Shown piece after piece: positions 61,392 to 64,000 of a stretch of DNA of 64,000 nt. How positions within the stretch are numbered: position 1 is the first letter of the stretch; every line of letters starts with the position of its first letter. The notes beneath the pieces are model-generated. The model was not told where the DNA came from, did not search any database, and saw only the letters and a program-made list of their open reading frames with translations. The stretch is from contig OZ024743.1 in the NCBI GenBank assembly GCA_964016885.1, positions 88,722,001 to 88,786,000 of the forward strand, given 5' to 3'. The position numbers were made by a program, and so were the translations under genes. Source of the DNA: Eledone cirrhosa. Lineage: Eukaryota.

Positions 61392-61393
61392 AA
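43268..61393 (-). CDS. Hypothetical 6041-aa repeat ORF (GGVHWFSPHSLMSGSSRLRN)n; coding status unproven
   Basis: The only open frame of six; no stop in about 302 units; several synonymous variants; no non-repeat domain or signal peptide. Confidence 0.15.
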   Translation of the reverse strand: MMSGSSRLRDGGVHWFSPHSLMSGSSRLRNGGVHWFSPHSLMSGSSRLRDGGVHWFSPHSLMSGSSRLRNGGVHWFSPHSLMSGSSRLRDGGVHWFSPHSLMSGSSRLRYGGVHWFSPHSLMSGGTRLRNGGVHWFSPHSLMSGGTRLRNGGVHWFSPHSLMSGGTRLRNGGVHWFSPHSLMTGGTRLRNGGVHWFSPHSLMSGSSRLRNGGVHWFSPHSLMSGSSRLRNREVHWFSPHSLMSGSSRLRNGEVHWFSPHSLMSGSSRLRNGEVHWFSPHSLMSGSSRLRNGEVHWFSPHSLMSGSSRLRNGEVHWFSPHSLMSGSSRLRNGGVHWFSPHSLMSGSSRLRNGGVHWFSPHSLMSGSSRLRNGGVHWFSPHSLMSGSSRLRNGEVHWFSPHSLMSGSSRLRNGEVHWFSPHSLMSGSSRLRNGEVHWFSPHSLMSGSSRLRNGGVHWFSPHSLMSGSSRLRNGGVHWFSPHSLMSGSSRLRNGGVHWFSPHSLMSGSSRLRNGGVHWFSPHSLMSGSSRLMNGGVHWFSPHSLMSGSTRLRNGGVHWFSPHSLMSGSSRLRYGGVHWFSPHSLMSGSSRLRYGGVHWFSPHSLMSGGTRLRNGGVHWFSPHSLMSGSSRLRNGGVHCFSPHSLMSGSSRLRNGGVHWFSPHSLMSGSSRLRNGGVHWFSPHSLMSGGTRLRNGGVHWFSPHSLMSDSSRLRNGGVHWFSPHSLMSGSSRLRNVEVHWFSPHSLMSGSSRLRNGEVHWFSPHSLMSGSSRLRNGEVHWFSPHSLMSGSSRLRYGGVHWFSPHSLMSGSSRLRYGGVHWFPPHSLMSGSSRLRNGGVHWFSPHSLMSGSSRLRYGGVHWFSPHSLMSGSSRLRNGGVHWFSPHSLMSGSTRLRNGGVHWFSPHSLISGSTRLRYGGVHWFSPHSLMSGSSRLRNGGVHWFSPHSLMSGSTRLRNGGVHWFSPHSLMSGSSRLRNGEVHWFSPHSLMSGSSRLRNGGVHWFSPHSLMSGSSRLRNGGVHWFSPHSLMSGSSKLRNGEVHWFSPHSLMSGSSRLRNGGVHWFSPHSLMSGSSRLRYGGVHWFSPHSLMSGSTRLRYGGVHWFSPHSLMSGSSRLRYGGVHWFSPHSLMSGSTRLRYGGVHWFSPHSLMSGSTRLRYGGVHWFSPHSLMSGSSRLRNGEVHWFSPHSLMSGSTRLRYGGVHWFSPHSLMSGSTRLRYGGVHWFSPHSLMSGSTRLRYGGVHWFSPHSLMSGSTRLRYGGVHWFSPHSLMSGSSRLRNGEVHWFSPHSLMSGSSRLRYGGVHWFSPHSLMSGSTRLRYGGVHWFSPHSLMSDNSRLRNGGVHWFSPHSLMSGSSRLRNGGVHWFSPHSLMSGSSRLRYGGVHWFSPHSLMSGSSRLRNGGVHWFSPHSLMSGSSRLRNGGVHWFSPHSLMSGSSRLRDGGVHWFSPHSLMSGSTRLRYGGVHWFSPHSLMSGSSRLRDGGVHWFSPHSLMSGSTRLRYGGVHWFSPRSLMSGSSRPRDGGVHWFSPNSLMSGSSRLRDGGVHWFSPHSLMSGSSRLRYGGVHWFSPHSLMSGSSRLRDGGVHWFSPNSLMSGSSRLRNGGVHWFSPHSLMSGSSRLRNGEVHWFSPHSLMSGSTRLRNGGVHWFSPHSLMSGSSRLRNGEVHWFSPHSLMSGSSRLRNGGVHWFSPHSLMSGSSRLRNGGVHWFSPHSLMSGSSRLRNGEVHWFSPHSLMSGSSRLRNGGVHWFSPHSLMSGSSRLRYGGVHWFSPHSLMSGSTRLRYGGVHWFSPHSLMSGSSRLRYGGVHWFSPHSLMSGSTRLRYGGVHWFSPHSLMSGSTRLRYGGVHWFSPHSLMSGSSRLRNGEVHWFSPHSLMSGSTRLRYGGVHWFSPHSLMSGSSRLRYGGVHWFSPHSLMSGSTRLRNGGVHWFSPHSLMSGSSRLRYGGVHWFSPHSLMSGSTRLRNGGVHWFSPHSLMSGSTRLRYGGVHWFSPHSLMSGSSRLRNGEVHWFSPHSLMSGSTRLRYGGVHWFSPHSLMSGSTRLRYGGVHWFSPHSLMSGSTRLRYGGVHWFSPHSLMSGSSRLRNGEVHWFSPHSLMSGSSRLRYGGVHWFSPHSLMSGSTRLRYGGVHWFSPHSLMSDNSRLRNGGVHWFSPHSLMSGSSRLRNGGVHWFSPHSLMSGSSRLRYGGVHWFSPHSLMSGSSRLRNGGVHWFSPHSLMSGSSRLRDGGVHWFSPHSLMSGSSRLRDGGVHWFSPHSLMSGSSRLRNGGVHWFSPHSLMSGSSRLRNGGVHWFSPHSLMSGSSRLRDGGVHWFSPHSLMSGSTRLRYGGVHWFSPHSLMSGSSRLRNGGVHWFSPHSLMSGSSRLRYGGVHWFSPHSLMSGSSRLRNGGVHWFSPHSLMSGSSRLRDGGVHWFSPHSLMSGSTRLRYGGVHWFSPHSLMSGSSRPRYGGVHWFSPNSLMSGSSRLRDGGVHWFSPHSLMSGSSRLRYGGVHWFSPNSLMSGSSRLRNGGVHWFSPHSLMSGSSRLRDGGIHWFSPHSLMSGSTRLRYGGVHWFSPHSLMSGSSRPRDGGVHWLSPNSLMSGSSRLRDGGVHWFSPHSLMSGSSRLRYGGVHWFSPHSLMSGSSRLRDGGVHWFSPNSLMSGSSRLRNGGVHWFSPHSLMSGSSRLRNGEVHWFSPHSLMSGSSRLRNGGVHWFSPHSLMSGSSRLRYGGVHWFSPHSLMSGSTRLRYGGVHWFSPHSLMSGSSRLRYGGVHWFSPHSLMSGSTRLRYGGVHWFSPHSLMSGSTRLRYGGVHWFSPHSLMSGSSRLRNGEVHWFSPHSLMSGSTRLRYGGVHWFSPHSLMSGSSRLRYGGVHWFSPHSLMSGSTRLRNGGVHWFSPHSLMSGSSRLRYGGVHWFSPHSLMSGSTRLRNGGVHWFSPHSLMSGSTRLRYGGVHWFSPHSLMSGSSRLRNGEVHWFSPHSLMSGSTRLRYGGVHWFSPHSLMSGSTRLRYGGVHWFSPHSLMSGSTRLRYGGVHWFSPHSLMSGSTRLRYGGVHWFSPHSLMSGSSRLRNGEVHWFSPHSLMSGSSRLRYGGVHWFSPHSLMSGSTRLRYGGVHWFSPHSLMSDNSRLRNGGVHWFSPHSLMSGSTRLRNGGVHWFSPHSLMSGSSRLRNGEVHWFSPHSLMSGSSRLRNGGVHWFSPHSLMSGSSRLRNGGVHWFSPHSLMSGSSKLRNGEVHWFSPHSLMSGSSRLRNGGVHWFSPHSLMSGSSRLRYGGVHWFSPHSLMSGSTRLRYGGVHWFSPHSLMSGSSRLRYGGVHWFSPHSLMSGSTRLRYGGVHWFSPHSLMSGSTRLRYGGVHWFSPHSLMSGSSRLRNGEVHWFSPHSLMSGSTRLRYGGVHWFSPHSLMSGSTRLRYGGVHWFSPHSLMSGSTRLRYGGVHWFSPHSLMSGSTRLRYGGVHWFSPHSLMSGSSRLRNGEVHWFSPHSLMSGSSRLRYGGVHWFSPHSLMSGSTRLRYGGVHWFSPHSLMSDNSRLRNGGVHWFSPHSLMSGSSRLRNGGVHWFSPHSLMSGSSRLRYGGVHWFSPHSLMSGSSRLRNGGVHWFSPHSLMSGSSRLRNGGVHWFSPHSLMSGSSRLRDGGVHWFSPHSLMSGSTRLRYGGVHWFSPHSLMSGSSRLRDGGVHWFSPHSLMSGSTRLRYGGVHWFSPHSLMSGSSRPRDGGVHWFSPNSLMSGSSRLRDGGVHWFSPHSLMSGSSRLRYGGVHWFSPHSLMSGSSRLRDGGVHWFSPNSLMSGSSRLRNGGVHWFSPHSLMSGSSRLRNGEVHWFSPHSLMSGSTRLRNGGVHWFSPHSLMSGSSRLRNGEVHWFSPHSLMSGSSRLRNGGVHWFSPHSLMSGSSRLRNGGVHWFSPHSLMSGSSRLRNGEVHWFSPHSLMSGSSRLRNGGVHWFSPHSLMSGSSRLRYGGVHWFSPHSLMSGSTRLRYGGVHWFSPHSLMSGSSRLRYGGVHWFSPHSLMSGSTRLRYGGVHWFSPHSLMSGSTRLRYGGVHWFSPHSLMSGSSRLRNGEVHWFSPHSLMSGSTRLRYGGVHWFSPHSLMSGSSRLRYGGVHWFSPHSLMSGSTRLRNGGVHWFSPHSLMSGSSRLRYGGVHWFSPHSLMSGSTRLRNGGVHWFSPHSLMSGSTRLRYGGVHWFSPHSLMSGSSRLRNGEVHWFSPHSLMSGSTRLRYGGVHWFSPHSLMSGSTRLRYGGVHWFSPHSLMSGSTRLRYGGVHWFSPHSLMSGSSRLRNGEVHWFSPHSLMSGSSRLRYGGVHWFSPHSLMSGSTRLRYGGVHWFSPHSLMSDNSRLRNGGVHWFSPHSLMSGSSRLRNGGVHWFSPHSLMSGSSRLRYGGVHWFSPHSLMSGSSRLRNGGVHWFSPHSLMSGSSRLRDGGVHWFSPHSLMSGSSRLRDGGVHWFSPHSLMSGSSRLRNGGVHWFSPHSLMSGSSRLRNGGVHWFSPHSLMSGSSRLRDGGVHWFSPHSLMSGSTRLRYGGVHWFSPHSLMSGSSRLRNGGVHWFSPHSLMSGSSRLRYGGVHWFSPHSLMSGSSRLRNGGVHWFSPHSLMSGSSRLRDGGVHWFSPHSLMSGSTRLRYGGVHWFSPHSLMSGSSRPRYGGVHWFSPNSLMSGSSRLRDGGVHWFSPHSLMSGSSRLRYGGVHWFSPNSLMSGSSRLRNGGVHWFSPHSLMSGSSRLRDGGIHWFSPHSLMSGSTRLRYGGVHWFSPHSLMSGSSRPRDGGVHWLSPNSLMSGSSRLRDGGVHWFSPHSLMSGSSRLRYGGVHWFSPHSLMSGSSRLRDGGVHWFSPNSLMSGSSRLRNGGVHWFSPHSLMSGSSRLRNGEVHWFSPHSLMSGSTRLRNGGVHWFSPHSLMSGSSRLRNGEVHWFSPHSLMSGSSRLRNGGVHWFSPHSLMSGSSRLRNGGVHWFSPHSLMSGSSRLRNGEVHWFSPHSLMSGSSRLRNGGVHWFSPHSLMSGSSRLRYGGVHWFSPHSLMSGSTRLRYGGVHWFSPHSLMSGSSRLRYGGVHWFSPHSLMSGSTRLRYGGVHWFSPHSLMSGSTRLRYGGVHWFSPHSLMSGSSRLRNGEVHWFSPHSLMSGSTRLRYGGVHWFSPHSLMSGSSRLRYGGVHWFSPHSLMSGSTRLRNGGVHWFSPHSLMSGSSRLRYGGVHWFSPHSLMSGSTRLRNGGVHWFSPHSLMSGSTRLRYGGVHWFSPHSLMSGSSRLRNGEVHWFSPHSLMSGSTRLRYGGVHWFSPHSLMSGSTRLRYGGVHWFSPHSLMSGSTRLRYGGVHWFSPHSLMSGSTRLRYGGVHWFSPHSLMSGSSRLRNGEVHWFSPHSLMSGSSRLRYGGVHWFSPHSLMSGSTRLRYGGVHWFSPHSLMSDNSRLRNGGVHWFSPHSLMSGSSRLRNGGVHWFSPHSLMSGSSRLRYGGVHWFSPHSLMSGSSRLRNGGVHWFSPHSLMSGSSRLRDGGLHWFSPHSLMSGSSRLRDGGVHWFSPHSLMSGSSRLRNGGVHWFSPHSLMSGSSRLRYGGVHWFSPHSLMSGSSRLRNGGVHWFSPHSLMSGSSRLRDGGVHWFSPHSLMSGSSRPRDGGVHWFSPNSLMSGSSRLRDGGVHWFSPHSLMSGSSRLRYGGVHWFSPHSLMSGSSRLRNGGVHWFSPHSLMSGSSRLRDGGVHWFSPHSLMSGSSRPRDGGVHWFSPNSLMSGSSRLRDGGVHWFSPHSLMSGSSRLRYGGVHWFSPNSLMSGSSRLRNGGVHWFSPHSLMSGSSRLRDGGVHWFSPHSLMSGSSRLRDGGVHWFSPNSLMSGSSRLRNGGVHWFSPHSLMSGSSRLRNGEVHWFSPHSLMSGSRLRNGEVHWFSPHSLMSGSSRLRNGEVHWFSPHSLMSGSSRLRYGGVHWFSPHSLMSGSSRLRYGGVHWFSPHSLMSGSSRLRNGEVHWFSPHSLMSGSSRLRDGGVHWFSTHSLMSGSSRLRNGGVHWFSPHSLMSGSSRLRNGGVHWFSTHSLMSGSSRLRNGGVHWFSTHSLMSGSTRLRNGGVHWFSTHSLMSGSSRLRNGGVHWFSPHSLMSGSSRLRNGGVHWFSTHSHF

Positions 61394-61454
61394 GGTATTC
61401 TCTCTACTAGAACACTCTTGTTTTGAGGTAATATTTCTTTAAATCCATTTCAAA

Positions 61455-62015
61455 CCTTATGACTGTCACTTTTCCATGTCAAACTATAGTCCCACTACAG
61501 ATATATGATCGTTATGACATATCAATCTTCCATGTCAACCTTATGACATGTCAGTTTTCCATGTCAAACTATAGTCCCACTACAGACATACATCAACCTT
61601 ATGACATGCTAATCTTCCGTGTCAAACTACAGTCCCCCTACAAAAACACACGAGTTCTATGACATGTCTATCTTCCATATCAAACCTTATGACATGTCTA
61701 TCTTCCACATCAAACTACAGTTCTACTATAGAGATATATCAGCCTGATGACATGTCTACCTTTTATGCCAAACTAATGTCTCACTACAGAGATATATGAG
61801 CCCTCTGACATGTTAAACCTACAGTTCTACTACAGAGATATATCAGCCTTATGACATATCTATCTTCCATATCAAACTCTATGACATTTCTATCTTCTAT
61901 GTCAAACCTTATGATATGTCTATCTTCTATATCAAACTCTATGACATGTTTATCAGCTATGTCAAACTATAGTCTAACTACAGAGAGAGAGATGACACTT
62001 ATGACATGCCAATCT
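61455..62015. repeat. Degenerate 30/28-bp two-module minisatellite
   Basis: Module A CCTTATGACATGTCTATCTTCCATGTCAAA and module B CTATAGTCCCACTACAGAGATATATCAG in mixed order. Confidence 0.8.
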
Positions 62016-62319
62016 TCTGTGATGGACACAGTCAAACATTTAAAGTGGCAGCCCAATGACTGGCTGCACTAGTTATGGGAACTTGATCATCAATTGACAT
62101 TGGGGAGATTGATGTGGTTAATATTTGAATTTCTAGGCCTCAGTGAAATAATCTTATTTCTAATTCAAGGAGGGTTCCATAAAAATAGTTGATAGCTTTT
62201 GTTACTTAGGTGATGTAATTAGCAGCGGAGAAGGTTGCTTTGAGATTAATTGTAGCTTGAACAAAAATAGTATGGAAAAGATTCATCTCTTTTATGTGTA
62301 TATTTCTGTGTAGTATGAG

Positions 62320-62880
62320 TTCAAATCCCACCAAGGTAAACTTTACCTTTTATCCTTCTGTCCTGAACCCAGAGGCCCATCAGGCCAGTGTGTATCCCAG
62401 TTTCCATGGTGTTAAGCAACTGAGAGTACAAGACTCTCCCCTGGACAGGATGCCAGTCCATTGCAAGGTTAAATCCCCAGCTGCTATTGGTACTTTATCT
62501 TGCTTTTTATAATAGGTACACTGTAACCCTGCATGCTGTATATCTAAATATCTAAAGTCTGTCTCATGCCAGGAGGCATGTCAGGCTGGTGCTTATCCCA
62601 ATTAAACCCCCAGCTATTGCTGGTACTCATTTTCAGCTGGGTGTACTGGAGCAACATGAAATTAAGTGTTTTTCTCAAAAAACACAACACATAACCCTGT
62701 CCAGGAATCGAACCTATGGAATTATGATCGTAAGTCCAATGCCCTTACCACTAGGCCATGGACCTTCACTTTTATCCTTCTGAGGTCGATAAAATAAAGT
62801 AATTGTTTAATACTGGGGTCAATATAATTGACTTTCATAGTCTCCCAAATTGATGGTCTTGTGCCAATGTTAGAAAGAAT
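62320..62880. mobile_element. Nested SINEs: a CORE-like SINE (minus) inside a CTTTCATCC-type SINE (plus)
   Basis: AGTTCAAATCCCACCAAGGTAAACTTTACCTTTTATCCTTCTG resumes as CTTTTATCCTTCTGAGGTCGATAAAATAAAG at about 62770; the insert is paralogous to 23785-24052 and 5660-5740. Confidence 0.7.
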
Positions 62881-63160
62881 TATTTCTGTGAAGTATTTTC
62901 TGATATCACAATCTAAGTCTCGTGTCACATGAACTATTTATAATGGTTCCTATAGTCTGTCAATTATATTGATTTATTGACCAGTAGAGAGTTATAAATA
63001 ATATCATTTTGTTTATCATGGGTTGAGTTTATAATTAACTAGTTGTAGCTTGGATATTCCTTATGATACACACACGTTTTTTTCCACACGTGTTGACAGA
63101 CTTGCACTGAAAATTCTCACGTTTTCAATGAAAAACTCGTTAATTACTATGGTGACAACA

Positions 63161-63197
<37 letters not shown>

Positions 63198-63282
63198 ATA
63201 CACTCTCTCTCTCTCATTGTATTTCTTTCTCAACAACAACATGTTGTTTTTTCTTGAAACAAATTTTAATTCTATCTATCGT

Positions 63283-63336
<54 letters not shown>

Positions 63337-64000
63337 TCTCTCTTTCACTTTATTCTCTGTCAATAACAACAGCAACCTGTCATTTTACCGAAAGTCTTTT
63401 TTTGAAGTCTGTGTTGCATTGTCTATATGTTGAAGGACGTACAGAACCCCCCCCCCACAGAAATAGAGAGAGGGGGAGAAATACATCCTCCCCACCCCAA
63501 AAAACTATATGTATTATATATAAACCTATAAGTGTGATGGACAGACAGATGGAGAAACAGCTTTTCTTTTATGATATAGATTTACAAGCAAGAAGCAATG
63601 TAGTAGTGGTAGAATAGGTGAGAGTGGACACAGCACACCTGTGAACTAGTATTTGTAATGTATTGGTGAGTGAAGGGGTTATCAATCAGACAGATGTACC
63701 TTAGCAGTAATAGCAGTATAAACATCAGAGGGAGGACACATAATGTTAGTGTGTGCGTGATTGAAGTGTATTGGTGAACAAGGGGTTAATAACCAAGTGA
63801 ATAGACCTTATTTAAAAACCATTGATGATTACATAAATATGAAAAAGAAAGATAGAAGCAAAATTAAGTAATGAGAAAAAGGGGAAGGGGTAAAGAATGG
63901 CAGATGTGGTTGTATGGGAAAGTAGAGGAAAGGATTATAAATACCATAAATGAGAGAAAAAGGAGGGAAAAGGAAAGGACTCTAGGGCCACATAAGAAAG

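Noticed and set aside
61470-61990. MSNYS and DMS peptides reminiscent of reflectin repeats (MDMSNYSMDMQGR)
   Set aside because: They arise from a 30/28-bp minisatellite that shifts frame; no PER or MDMQGR motifs and frequent stops

Overview
AT-rich, repeat-saturated animal genomic DNA. The dense (AT)n/(CA)n/(ATC)n microsatellites and the SINE/RTE families look like an octopus/coleoid cephalopod genome, which is an inference and not verified. No conventional host protein-coding gene is recognisable, and most ORFs in the track are artefacts of simple repeats. Transposable elements: a near full-length Tx1/L1-clade LINE (15.5-21.3 kb, minus) in a nest of sibling copies that all abut (AAT)n; RTE and CR1 LINE fragments; a DD37D (maT) transposase remnant; two Helitron derivatives; several MITEs; and many tRNA-derived SINEs. 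Six Penelope-like pLTR sites carry type I hammerhead ribozyme motifs, two of which fold with complete cores (4565-4661 minus, 7516-7566 plus). Tandem arrays: a 5-kb (CCACCACTA)n array, a 48-bp minisatellite, and an 18-kb array of about 302 x 60-bp monomers. The 60-bp monomer is an imperfect hairpin, the array stays open as a 6041-codon frame on the minus strand, and it contains a 6480-bp higher-order duplication. Also present are a compact multi-stem structure at 40571-40680 between complementary simple repeats and a non-coding exon candidate at 41939-42059.
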